A stretch of DNA of 64,000 nt, taken from assembly GCA_963799775.1 (NCBI GenBank), contig CAWCYD010000003.1:1472001-1536000 (forward strand). The letters are read 5' to 3'. Below, in pieces: positions 31,278 through 42,814 of this stretch. A program made the position numbers and the translations under genes. The stretch's first letter is position 1. Every line of letters starts with the position of its first letter. The stretch comes from an uncultured archaeon (GTDB lineage Archaea; Thermoproteota; Nitrososphaeria; Nitrososphaerales; Gagatemarchaeaceae). The notes under the pieces were generated by a model. The model saw only the letters and a list, made by a program, of their open reading frames with translations, had not been told where the DNA came from and searched no databases.

Positions 31278-32971
31278 TTGCAAAGGACTAAGTCGCATCC
31301 TGCCAAACTGACCGCCGGGATCGACAGACCCCCCAGCGCGCAATGCTCCGCGCGATAGGCCTGACGGACGAGGACTTTGAAAAGCCGATAATCGGGATCG
31401 CCAACACCTGGGTCGAGGCCCAGCCCTGTAACTACGACCTGAGAGAGCTCGCCATCGAGGTGAAGAAGGGAGTGAGGGACGCGGGCGGGACGCCCCTGGA
31501 GTTCAACACGATAGCGATCAACGACGCCATGGCGATGGGCCATGAGGGGATGAAGGCCTCGCTCATCAGCCGCGAGGTCATCGCGGACTCCATCGAGCTG
31601 AGCGCTTCGGGGTACCAGTTCGACGGGCTCGTCACGATCGGAGGATGCGACAAGACGCAGCCAGCCTCGGCGATGGCTCTCGCGCGCGTCAACATCCCCG
31701 GAGTCTACCTCTACGGCGGGAGCATCCCGCCAGGAGAGTGGAACGGGAAGGAGGTGACGATACAGGACGTCTTCGAGGCGATGGGGCAGGTCTCCAGGGG
31801 GACGATGACCGTCGCGCAGCTCAATGGACCTCGAGTGCAACGCGTGTCCCACTTTCGGCGCATGCGGAGGGATGTTCACGGCCAACACGATGGCATCGGC
31901 GCTAGAGGCGATAGGCCTCACTGTCCCGAACTGCGCCGCGCCTGTGGCCCCGAGCGAGGCGAGGAAGAAGGTGGCGTACGACACCGGCTGGGCCGTCATG
32001 AAGGCCCTTGAGACTAACACCAGGCCCCGAGACATATTGACGAGGGACGCGTTCGAGAACGCCATCGCCGTTGTCGCCGGGATGGGCGGCTCGACCAACG
32101 CCGTGCTGCATCTCCTGGCGATCGCCTACGAGGCTCACGTGAAGCTATCCTATGACGACATAGAGAGGGTGGGCGCTAAGCGCCCACCGAGCTCGCCGAC
32201 CTCCGGCCAGCAGGGAAGTACGTGATGTCGGACGTCGACCGAGTGGGAGGCGTGAAGCTGGTGATGAAGCAGCTCCTCGATGCGGGCCTGCTCCACGGGG
32301 ACGCACGGACAGTGACGGGGGAGCCTCTCTCGGAGAGGCTGAAGGGCGTCACCCTGCCGACCGGCCAAGACGTCATCCACCCGATCTCCAACCCCGTGAG
32401 AAAGTCGGGCGGGTTCGCGATACTCAGGGGGAACCTGGCGACCGAGGGCGGCGTCCTGAAGACCGCCGGGTCGACGAGGAACTCGCACCGCGGGCCTGCG
32501 CGAGTCTTCGAGAAGGAAGAGGACGCGAGGCAAGCGATCATCGAGAAGAAGATCAACCCGGGCGACACCGTCGTCGTCCGCTACGAAGGACCCAAGGGCG
32601 GGCCAGGGATGCGCGAGATGCTCGTAGTCACCGCGGCGCTCGTGGGCCAGGGCCTGAAGGACTCGGTCGCGCTCTTGACGGACGGGAGGTTCTCGGGAGC
32701 CACCCATGGGTTCATGATTGGGCACATCGCCCCAGAGGCAGCGGTGGGAGGGACGATAGGGCTCCTCAAGAACGGAGACATCATCTCGATAGACGTCGAG
32801 AAGAGGTCGCTCAACGTGGAGCTCTCGGACCAGGAACTCGAGAAGAGAAGAAAGGCCTGGAGGCCGCCTCCCCCGAAGTATACCCACGGCGTGTTCGCAA
32901 AGTATGCGCAGCTCGTCACGTCGTCTTCGAAGGGCGCAGTCTGCCTGGTCGACGCGGAAAAGACCACCTAG
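31278..32971 (+). CDS. ilvD: Dihydroxy-acid dehydratase (about three frameshifts)
   Basis: PCN, CDKT, CGGMFTANTM, GGSTN, GPGMREM, TDGRFSG. Confidence 0.93.
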
Positions 32972-33095
32972 TCTGGTTCTGTCAAGTCTACATTTCGTCA
33001 AACGCACCCATCGAGAGTCCGCGCGAAAACCTCAGGAGACAGAACGGGCTAAAAGCAACCCCAAATCCCTCGGAACAAGGCGGTCTTAGGAAGAC

Positions 33096-36012
33096 ATGAC
33101 GAGCACCCCAGAGGCGAGTATCGCTGGCAGCGAGAGCCAGGACAACGTCTTCCAGCGGCTCTTCTCGCCTCCGCTTCTAAAGGCACTCGAGGAGAGAGGC
33201 TTTACCTCCCCGACGGACCCTCAGCGGAAGCTTGTCCCGCTCGTGGCAGAGGGACGAAATGCGCTCCTCATGGCGCCGACGGGGACGGGCAAGACGGAGG
33301 CGGCGTTCCTCCCGATCCTTGACAACATGATCAGGAACGGCCTCGCGAGGACCCCGGGATCAAGCTGCTCTACATCACCCCGCTAAGGGCGCTCAACAGG
33401 GACATGCTCGAGAGGATGCAGTGGTGGGCGAAGAGGTTCGACATCAGGCTGGGCGTCAGGCACGGGGACACGGGCGCCCAGGAGAGGGCGGGCCAGAGCA
33501 TGGTGCCCCCGGACATACTCATCACGACTCCGGAGACGCTGCAGGCCCTGCTCACGGGGAGAAGGATCCGGGAGGGGCTCCAGAAGCTCAGGTGGGTTGT
33601 CGTGGACGAGATTCACGAGCTGGCGGAGGACAAGAGGGGGAGCCAGCTCTCGATAGCGCTCGAGAGGCTCAGGCGGGCCGTGGGGAGGGACTTCCAGCTC
33701 ATCGGGCTCTCAGCGACCATCGGCTCGCCGGAGACCATCGGCAAGTTCCTCGTCGGCGAGGGAAGGGATTGCGAGATAGCGAGGGTCCCGGTGGAGAAGT
33801 CGCTCCAGCTCTCGGTTGTCAGGCCTCAGCCCACTCCCGAGGACCAGGCTCTCGCCGAGAGCATCTTCACCTTCCCGGAGGTCGCAGCGAGGCTCAGGAC
33901 CATCCGGGACACCGTCGAGCAGTTCAGGTCGGTGCTGATATTCACCAACACGAGGTCCGAGGCGGAGGCGCTCGCGAACAGGTTCAGGGTCTGGAACGAG
34001 AAGCTCCCGATAGGCATCCACCACAGCTCTCTCTCGAGGGCCACCCGGGAGGCCACCGAGAGGAACCTCAGGGAGGGTAAGCTCTCCGGCGTCATTTGCA
34101 CGAGCAGCCTCGAGCTGGGGATTGACATCGGCTTCCTCGACTGCGTGATCCAATACAACTCGCCCCGCCAGGTCTCGAGGCTCATCCAGAGGATAGGGAG
34201 GGCGGGCCACTCGATCGGCCAGATATCGAGGGGAGTGATAATCACCCAGGACTCGGACGACACTCTGGAGGCGATGGTCCTCTGCAGAAAGTCGATGCGG
34301 GGAGAGCTCGAGCCTCTCCACCCGTTCCTCAACGCGAGCGACGCGGCGATCCACCAGATCGCTGGCCTCCTCATCGAGTCGAGCTCGTGGCGACTCGACG
34401 ACATCTACGCGCTGTTGAGGAGGACGTATCCCTACTCGACGCTGACTCTTGACACCCTGAAGCAGTATCTCACCTACATGAGGGACAGGTATCCGCGGCT
34501 GCTCTTCTTCGCCGAGACCGAGGGGATCGTCAAGAGGGCGAGGGACTTCAAACCACTCTTCGAGTTCTACTTCGAGAACCTCTCGATGATCCCCGACGAG
34601 AAGCAATACGTCGTCATCGCCGAGGGCGACAGGCCCATCGGGTCATCGACGAGGCCTTCGTCTCCGAGTACGGGCAGGTGGGCGTGAAGTTCGTCGAGGC
34701 AGGGAGGTGCTGGAAGATACGCGAGATCTACGGGAACAAGGTCTACGTCACGCCCGAGGAGGACCCCACAGGCGCGGTCCCCAGCTGGGTCGGGGACGAG
34801 ATACCGGTCCCGCTCCCTGTCGCGCTTGAGGTCGGCTCGATTAGGAGGGAGTACGCCGAGGCGCTGGGAAAGGAGGGAAGGGGAGAGAAGGCGGTCATCG
34901 CGGCGCTTCGCGAGCGCTACCCCGTCGACGATGCCGCGATAACCCAGTCTCTGAGCGAGGTGAAGGAGCAGGTCTCGCTCGGGCTCCCGGTCCCATCCGA
35001 CAAGCTCGTGACGATAGAAAAGTGGGACCAGTACATCGTGATCCAGGCGACATTCGGGCACAGGGTCAACCGGCTCCTAGCGAGGGTCGTCGCGCACATC
35101 CTCTCAGAGAGGATGGGGCAGTCGGTCGCGGTCCACCAGGGCCCATACAGGATCATACTCGAGGTCGAGTCCTCGCCGCGGGCCGTGGAGGCGGTCATCC
35201 GCGAACTCGAGGGGAAGGACATCAAGGAGCTCGCGAGGGCGGCGGTGGAGCGCTCTGGGATATTCAAGAGGCGGCTCATCCACGTTGCGAAGAAGTGCGG
35301 CGCGATAACAAAGGAGGCGGACTTTGCGAGCGTCTCCATCTCTGGGCTGATGGAGGCCCTCAGGGGGACTCCCGTCTACCAGGAGGCGCTGAGCGTCATC
35401 TTCCATGACGACTTTGACTCGGCCGCGGCAGAGTCCATAGTCTCGCAGATAGCGCGGAAGGAGATCGAGATGGTGGTCCTCGAGACGGAGGGTGCGCCAT
35501 CCCCGACCGCGAGGATAGGGTTGGAAGAGGTGAGCAGGAGGGGCGAGATCGTCTCCCCCGAGAGGCTGCGTGCGATAATCCGCCAGTCTACGGAGGCGAG
35601 GATCAGGGAGAGCTTCCTCGTCGCCGCGTGCGCCAACTGCTGGGAGTATGTGGAGCTCAGGAAGGTGGGAGACGGGCCGCCGGAGAGGTGTCCTCACTGC
35701 GGGAGGAAGGACACGATTGGGTTCACCACCGAGTCATACGAGAACGTCTTCGCCGCGACCCTCAAGGCGAGGAGCAGGCTTGAGCTCCACGGCAAGGCCC
35801 AGAAGGTGCTCGAGATACTGAAGAGGACAGCGCAGTTGAGGAACGAGTTCGGGGACGACACCCTCTACCTGATGGCCGGGAGGGGCATCAGGCTCTCGGA
35901 GCTTCCGGCCCTGCTCAAGAAGAGGAAGGAGTCGGGCCAGGACCTCATCGACTGCGTGATAGAGGGAGAAAGAGAGGCCCTGAAGCGCAGGTATTTCGTG
36001 ACCGAGTCCTAG
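33096..36012 (+). CDS. lhr: Lhr-family ATP-dependent helicase with C-terminal Zn ribbon (frameshifts ~33355 and ~34640)
   Basis: APTGTGKT, TTPETL, DEIHE, GLSAT, SSLELGID, QRIGRAGH, CANC..CPHC. Confidence 0.9.
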
Positions 36013-36018
36013 TCGCTT

Positions 36019-36618
36019 CTACTTCTTCGTCGTCTGGGTCACCTGCGCGAGTATCAGGGTCATCAGCGACCTCTCGTCGATCTCGGCCCGGGTCCATCCA
36101 GCCTATCCGGATGAGGCTCTTGTCGTCCTGGTCGAGGTAGCCGCGTTTGATGTATCTCTCCACCGAGTAGTCTATCCTCCATCTCGGGAACTTTGTCTTG
36201 AGAAAGGTCTCGAGCTCCTTGCGGGAGATGCGACCCTGCTTCGAGTTGACCAAGGCGATGCTCGCTGCGAGGACCGCGAGGTCGTCAATCCTGAAGCCCG
36301 CCGTCTCGGCCTCGGTGAGCGTCGGCGGGTCCCTGAAGCGCAGGAGGAAACGTGTGGAGTCGTCTGTCCCCTCCGGGCCTAGGACCTGGTGGACCTCCAG
36401 CCCGAGCGGCTTCAGGTCGTCCGAGAGGAGCAGTCGAGTATCATCTTGTAGTCCTTCCCGAGATATCTCCGCATCTCCCATCCCTTGATGCCCGGGTTCC
36501 TCCCGCGCTGGAGGATGAGAACCTGGAAGGCCCGGCGCGTCTTGCGGTCGAGTGAGGCCCTCTCGGCGGCGGCCTCGGGCGCCGGGGCCGGGTTCAGCGG
36601 ATTGGGGCTCTCGCTCAT
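36019..36618 (-). CDS. KITE-like (Nse1/Nse3/ScpB-type tandem winged helix) SMC accessory subunit (frameshifts ~36440 and ~36095)
   Basis: Two WH-like halves ending YIKRGYL..IRIGW.TRAEI; third gene of the SMC operon. Confidence 0.6.
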
Positions 36619-37388
36619 CTTACGACTATCGCCACCGATTTCGTCTCGTCGTCAGGCTTGCCGTCTATCGTCGAGAGGAAGATCTGCTCTGTCAGAGGGT
36701 CGATGCGCAGGGTCGCCTTCCCTTCTGTGATCACAAAGGCGATGAGGTAGCCGCGCAGGGCCGTCTCCTCGGGGTCGCTGCCCTTGATGAAGTCCCGGTA
36801 GTCGATCTCCTTCCCGTTGCTGCGCTGGACGAGCTCGTCGTTTATCGCCTTGAGCCTCCCCTCGAACTCCTCCCTGGTGAAGATGCTCAGCGACTCTAGC
36901 TCCTCAAGCCCGATGCTCCCCGTCTCCTGCCCGAAGTTCCCGAACTGGTCCTTGAACCTCTCGCTGAATGGCACGAGCTCGCGCCAGTAGACGAAGGCCT
37001 TCTCCAGCCCGCGAGCTGTGAGCTGGTCGAGCTGGGCGATGGGGTGCCAGCACTTTGCGAAGCTCTCTGCGAGCTCCTCTTTGGATATCAGCTGGATCTT
37101 GAGCTCGAGGAGGAGCGGGTCGATGTAGAGCGCGGATGCCCTGTGCTTGAGCCACTGGTCCTGGAGCTTGACTATGGCGACCAGCTGCGACATCGCCTCC
37201 GAATCCTTGAGCATGACGTCTATCGCGTTCCAATCAGGGAAGTGCTGCTTGAGGACGAGGAGCTTCTCCCTGATGTCTATCTCGAAGGGATTCACTGAAC
37301 TTGACTGGACATTGCGGCATAATTCGATGAGCCTGAGGATGTCCTCGAGCTTCTTGTCCTTGTCCTTATCGCCCGACTGTGTTGGAAT
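36615..37388 (-). CDS. Kleisin (ScpA/Nse4-like); start uncertain (frame is open upstream of GTG 37295)
   Basis: NPFEIDI resembles the archaeal ScpA N-terminal DPWDIDI; C-terminal WH YLIAFVITEGKATLRIDP. Confidence 0.65.
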   Translation of the reverse strand: MPTQSGDKDKDKKLEDILRLIELCRNVQSSSVNPFEIDIREKLLVLKQHFPDWNAIDVMLKDSEAMSQLVAIVKLQDQWLKHRASALYIDPLLLELKIQLISKEELAESFAKCWHPIAQLDQLTARGLEKAFVYWRELVPFSERFKDQFGNFGQETGSIGLEELESLSIFTREEFEGRLKAINDELVQRSNGKEIDYRDFIKGSDPEETALRGYLIAFVITEGKATLRIDPLTEQIFLSTIDGKPDDETKSVAIVVR

Positions 37389-39383
37389 ATTCCTTCACCT
37401 GAGATGAGCCGTGAACCGACTGGACAGTGACCACGTGTGCGGTCCTGTCCGCGACCGTTATTATCGACGGCGTGATCACGATGTGCTGCGAGTTCGGGTT
37501 CTTCTTCCCCTGCGCGAGTATCATCTTGAAGATCGCCTCCCGGTTCCTCGGGTCCATGTGGATGTCGAACTCGTCCATCGCGCGCAGCGGCGAGATTATC
37601 CTGCTCTGGAGCGAGAGCATGAACGCCACGAGCGCGACCGACCTCTCGCCCCCGCTCTGCGTGTAGGGGTCGAGTATCGAGGGTTCGGCGCCCTTGAAGC
37701 CCACGAGCAGTTGTAGGCCCGCCTCGGCCACCGTGCCTCCCTCGTCGAGCCTTATCGCCCCTGTCGCCCCCACCGTCGAGAGAACCTGCCTGTAGATGGG
37801 GGCCACCTCGTCGATGAGGTTCTGGATGGCGTTCTTCCAGGCCTTCTTCCTCTCCTCAAGCTCCTTGAGCATCAGCTTCTTGTTCTCCTGGAGCTCCTGT
37901 AGCTTGCCCTTGAGGCCCTCAAGGTTGCCGGTGTAGTCCCTGTAGATCTTCTCCGCGTCGTCGGGCAGGTCCTGCAGCTTCTGCAGCTGGGCCGAGACCA
38001 TCTTCAGCTCCTCGGAGACCTCGTACGGCGCCCTCTGGGTCTGGATCCTCTCTCCGGCCTTCTCGAGGTCTGGCTTCATCGCCTCCAGCTCTCCCTTGAC
38101 CTCCCTCTCCGACCTCTCGAGCTCCTTGATCTCCGACTCTGTGACCTTGATCCTGTAATCGATGGACCATCGAACCTCACGCGCTGCGTGACGTAGTCCT
38201 CGGTGACCTTCCTGATCGCGTCGTCGACGCTACCGACCTCTGCCTGGAGCGATGCGACCTCCCTATCTAGCTCCGTCTTCTTCCGGCCAGCCTCTTCCGC
38301 TTCCCCGCCTGACCTCTTGGAGGCGAACTCGATGAACTCCTTCATCTTCTTCGATTTCTTTGAATCGATCCCGGCGCCAGCGCCGCTCAGAAGGTCCTCC
38401 AGCTCCTTGCTTAGGGTCTCGAGCTCCTCTCGTAGCTCCTTCATCGAGTCCCTCGCTGCCTCGCGTCCGGCCCGCTCCCTCTCCGCCCTGATTAGCGCCC
38501 CGTAGAGCTTCCTCTCCTCCACTTGCCTCTCGCCCAGGGACGTGCGGTGCTCCTCTGCTTCCTTGCCCGACTTGGCCTGCTGCTCCCTGAGGTCCGTGAG
38601 CGACTCTCGCTTGGTCTCGAGCTTCTCCCTGACAGACGCGAGGGAGCGTGATAATCTTCCCTCCTGAGCCCAGAGAAGCTCCCGCTCCAGCAGAACCCGG
38701 TGCTCTCCGAGCCTCTTCTTCTCCAGATACCTGTCGTAGATCTGCTTCCAGTATTCGATTGTCTGGTTGGCGTTGTCGATGAGCTGGACGAGCGACCCCT
38801 CCTCGCTCACCATGCTGTTCAAGTCGGCCTCTGCCGCGAGTATCCGCTCCCTGTATTCGCGGAACCCGACCGCCTCCTCGACCATGACGAGCCGCTGCTC
38901 CTGGGATATCGCGCCGAGCGCCTCTATCATGCCCTGGTGCATGATAATCAGGAGGTTGTCGGGGTTTATCCCGAATTCGCGGAGCAGGCGGACGACCTCG
39001 CTCTTGTCTATCTCCTTGTAATCGGCCTCATACCAGTAGGAGCCGTCCTTGCGGAGGTAGCGGGAGAGCATGAAGGTGTCTGCCTTTGAGTAGGGGATGG
39101 GCCTCTTGCCTTCCCTGACCTTGTTGTCGAAGATGAGCGATACCCTTGCGATGTCCTTCCCTCTCCTGATCAGGTCGCTGAGCTTCCTTGAGCGCTCGGT
39201 GTAGGCCTGCCCGAAGGCGACGGATATCGCCAGGAGGATGGAGGACTTGCCTGCCCCGTTAGGCCCCACGATGAGGTTAAGGCCCTGGTTCAGGGGGATC
39301 CTTGCATACTCGTAGCTCATGAAGTTCTCAAGGATTATCTCCTTGATGGGCGGAGAAAACGCCCTCTCTTGCTCTGTTGACAA
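37366..39383 (-). CDS. Short SMC-family ATPase, Smc5/6-like head, ~670 aa (frameshift ~38165)
   Basis: LENFMSY, GPNGAGKSS, MHQG, QSGGERS, SPLRAMDEFDIHMDPRNR, ITP; coiled-coil middle. Confidence 0.9.
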
Positions 39384-39540
39384 CTCCTCAAATGGCCTGG
39401 ACAAAGAGCCAAAATGGTTCGGACCGCGATGGTATTTTAGGCCTTGGGTCGAGGTGGCGTGAAAGTAATCCAAGGAATTCATTTGCGACGGAATTTCATG
39501 CGAATTCCTTTTGAATCACCCCCGGAGGCCCGTCCGCGTC

Positions 39541-40231
39541 TTGGTCCTTGCCGCTAAGGTCTTCTCCGTAGCAGAGGAGCGGAACCTGCCTCTCATAGCC
39601 TCGAAGCTCAAGGACTTCAAGCTGGAGCAGGAGGTCAGGGTCGAGGGCGACAGCTTCACCCTCCTGTCTGAGATAACGGACCTCGACATCTCGAAGGAGT
39701 ATCTGGAAGGGACCTTCGCGTTCGACACCGTCTTCCAGGTCAAGCAGCACGGGAAGATGGTCGCAATCGTGAGGGAACTACGAGGCCCCGTTCTCTTTCG
39801 ACCTCTACGGAAAGAACCTCTTCCTCAGCGTCTTCGACAAGAAGAGCCGCGCGAACAACATCGCCAACGAGATGAGCAAGGCCCTGTTCATGAGCCTCGG
39901 TCAGATAGTCGAAGGGAGGATTCTGCCGGAGACCCTGAAGCGGTTCCACGAGGAGAACTTCGAGGAGACCAAGATACTGTTCTTCGACGACATCGACCTC
40001 CCCAACATCTCGAAGCTCTCGCTCTATGGGGAGGGCCTGGGGTCTACGGGCCTCTACAACGACTACCTCACGCACGGCAAGATCTGGTACGCGGTCGTCA
40101 AGTCGGCGAAGTATGGCTACGTCGTGGGAGTCACGAGGAATTGCGTGGTCACCGTCTTCAGCAGGACCGACCTACCCGACTTCAAGCGCTACATGAAGAA
40201 CGAGATCCTTCCGCTCATCTCAGAAAAGTGA
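39541..40231 (+). CDS. Conserved archaeal hypothetical protein (frameshift ~39778)
   Basis: Two ORFs join into a ~230 aa globular protein, divergent from SMC. Confidence 0.75.
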
Positions 40232-40337
40232 AAGGCCCGCCTCCACCCTCGCTCCATCTGGACCGTAATCCCGACTCAGTGGGCAATGCTTTGCGAGATT
40301 GTCAGACTTTTTAAGCAAGAGACAATCCGTTTTTTTA

Positions 40338-40651
40338 TGGTCCAGGGGCCTCTCGCTGCTTACTCCTTGGCGCTTGTAGGAATCTCCTTCGCGACCTGGT
40401 TCTTCGCCTTTGAGACGAGAAAGACGTTCCGAGGGGGCATCTTCTGGGACGCGTGGCGCTTCATCGCAACGTCCTTGCTCTTCTTCGCAGCGGAGGAGGT
40501 GACGGATTTCTACCAGGCGGTCTATGGGGCCTCCGACATGGCAGCGGCGATTGACGAGAGCTTCGTCGCCCTGGGCTCGATCATGCTCTTGGTGGGCTTC
40601 TACCTATTCTACATGGCATGGAACCCAAAGAAGCCTGCAGCGAGTGGTTGA
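40338..40651 (+). CDS. Small multi-pass membrane protein
   Basis: Three hydrophobic helices. Confidence 0.7.
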
Positions 40652-40705
40652 GAGAACTGGCACAACCGGACCAGCAGGCCTTCAGCGTGATGGTAAGGGA
40701 CCTCC

Positions 40706-40990
40706 TTGAGCGACATATTGGGGGACTCGGGAGCAATGGCAATCCTCTTCTACCTCGGCGAATTCGATCCTAGCACCTTCGAGGCGAAGCTGACGTCGAT
40801 ATTGGGCCCAGGAGCTAGAATCATAATCGACGACCTCAACAAGCGCACCGGGTCCACTTCCGTCGCCCAGAAGCACCATTGGTTGGGCGGGCACGCGATG
40901 AGCGTCCTGCAATACCAGATGAGCTGGTGGTCTTGGGTACGGCTCCCTTCGATCAGGCTCTCGTGGGCCTGGCTGTGCCGCGAACGCTAG
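40706..40990 (+). CDS. Small protein, DUF3227-like N-terminus
   Basis: LSDILGDSGAMAILFYL...FEAKLTSILGPGARII. Confidence 0.5.
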   Translation: MSDILGDSGAMAILFYLGEFDPSTFEAKLTSILGPGARIIIDDLNKRTGSTSVAQKHHWLGGHAMSVLQYQMSWWSWVRLPSIRLSWAWLCRER

Positions 40991-41026
40991 AAGGATTAAA
41001 GTCCGAGGGGTCGTCCGGTTCCCCTC

Positions 41027-41783
41027 TTGCTCAAGGTCGTCCCTGACGAGTCGGCCCTCATCCACAAGGAGGGAGACTACTCCACGCTCCTGGTCTCAGA
41101 CCTGCACCTCGGGCTGGAGAAGGAGATGGCCAAGAAGGGCTTCAGGATCCCTCCCTACTCCCAGAAGATGCTGGACAGGATGAACCTGATGGCCGAGAAG
41201 AACAGGCTCAACAGGATCATCGTCGTCGGTGACGTCAAGCACTCGATAGGAAAGGTCGAGGACATCGACTGGGGCATAGTCCCCTGGTTCTTTGGGGCCC
41301 TCCTCGACGTCTTCACCGCGGTGGAGGTCGTGCCCGGGAACCACGACGCCCTGATCAAGACGCTCCTGCCCAGTCGCGTGAAGCTCCACCCATCTGAAGG
41401 GACGGTGATAGGGACACCGCAACAAGGTCGGCATCGCCCACGGGCACTCCTGGCCCTCCAAGGAGGTCATCGCGGCAAAGACGCTGGTGATGGGCCACTC
41501 GCACTTTCGCTACGAGATGAGGGACAGGTTCGGGGCCAGGAGCAAGGAGGCGGTCTGGCTCTTCGCCGAGTACGACGTCGCGAACCTTCTGAAGAAGGCC
41601 GGATATCCGCCGGGGAAGAGCCGGAGCGGGCAGCTCATCGTGATGCCCCCGTTCAACAACCTCGTCGGCGGGCAGGCGATAAACGCCAAGGGAGGGTTCG
41701 ACTTCGGCCGAATCCTCTCCTCGGGGTCCATCAAGGTGGCTGACGCCGACATCTTCCTGCTCGACGGGACGCGCGTGGGATAG
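41027..41783 (+). CDS. Metallophosphoesterase (Lhr-associated type; frameshift ~41415)
   Basis: SDLHLG, GDVKH, PGNHD, HGH, GHSH, MPPFN. Confidence 0.88.
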
Positions 41784-41788
41784 GCGGC

Positions 41789-42184
41789 CTAGCTTCCGAC
41801 TGCCTTTCTTATCCGCTGCTCGAGAGCGGCTTCTTGCATGGTCCCGATGACGGCGTCGACGGGCCTCCCGTTCCTGAACATCATGAAGGTCGGGATCGAC
41901 TGGACCTCGTATCTCGAGGAGATCCCGGAGTGCTCGTCCACGTTCAGCTTCCCAAAGTTCACGCTCCCGTCGAACTTCTTCGCGAGGCGCTCCACGACGG
42001 GCTCCATCGTCTTGCACGGGCCGCACCAGACCGCCCAAAAGTCGACGAAGGTGAGCTTCGAGCCGTTCACCATCTTGTCGAAGTTCGCCTCGTTCAGCTC
42101 CACGACGTGGTCGGCATGCGCGTGCTCTGCGAGCAGCTTCTTTGATTTGTCCGCCAAAATTTTATCGAGTTCAGAATCAGACAT
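41789..42184 (-). CDS. trxA: Thioredoxin
   Basis: WAVWCGPC, SIPT. Confidence 0.93.
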   Translation of the reverse strand: MSDSELDKILADKSKKLLAEHAHADHVVELNEANFDKMVNGSKLTFVDFWAVWCGPCKTMEPVVERLAKKFDGSVNFGKLNVDEHSGISSRYEVQSIPTFMMFRNGRPVDAVIGTMQEAALEQRIRKAVGS

Positions 42185-42238
42185 CAAACCGTCGGCGATG
42201 CAAAAGTCTATTTTAAGATTCATGGAGATTGGTTCCAT

Positions 42239-42811
42239 TTGAGCAGGCGTGAAAGCGGTTTTCTTGAGAATTTGCGTCATCGTCTGTCTAGCATAGCACC
42301 CGCAAGGCCCGTCCCCGGCCAGAGCGCGAGCGTCGCGGTGATATTCCGTGGCTCGGGACGCGATGAAGAGATCCTCCTCATCACGAGGGCGGAGAGAGAG
42401 GACGACCCCTGGTCCGGACAGGTCGCGCTTCCTGGAGGGATGGTGGGCGAAGGCGACGAGAGCTTCGAGGAGACTGCGAGGAGAGAGGCGAAGGAGGAGG
42501 TGGGGGTAGACCTCATGAAAGACGACTTTCTGGGTTACATGCGCCGTTTCAATGCCAGGACTAGAGACCTCACGGTCGTCCCTTCTGTCTTTAAGCCAAA
42601 GTCGACATCAAACGTGACCCTTAACCAGGAGGCGGCGCTCTATGAGTGGGTGAGACTAGCGGAACTGGCAAAGAGAAAGGCGCGCTCGACCTATCTCTTT
42701 CACACGGGGAACGCCGAGATACCCTTCCCCTCGTTCGTCTACCGCAAGCTGGTGATCTGGGGACTGACGGAGAGGATAATCTCGTCCGTCCTCGGAATCG
42801 ACGAGGAATGA
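42239..42811 (+). CDS. Nudix hydrolase, CoA pyrophosphatase type
   Basis: WSGQVALPGG..ETARREAKEEVG, IWGLT. Confidence 0.9.
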   Translation: MSRRESGFLENLRHRLSSIAPARPVPGQSASVAVIFRGSGRDEEILLITRAEREDDPWSGQVALPGGMVGEGDESFEETARREAKEEVGVDLMKDDFLGYMRRFNARTRDLTVVPSVFKPKSTSNVTLNQEAALYEWVRLAELAKRKARSTYLFHTGNAEIPFPSFVYRKLVIWGLTERIISSVLGIDEE

Positions 42812-42814
42812 ATT

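Noticed and set aside
36019-39383. Wadjet/MksBEFG defence system
   Set aside because: Gene order is SMC first, no JetD/Toprim nuclease is adjacent, the SMC is short, and the context and codon usage are core-like
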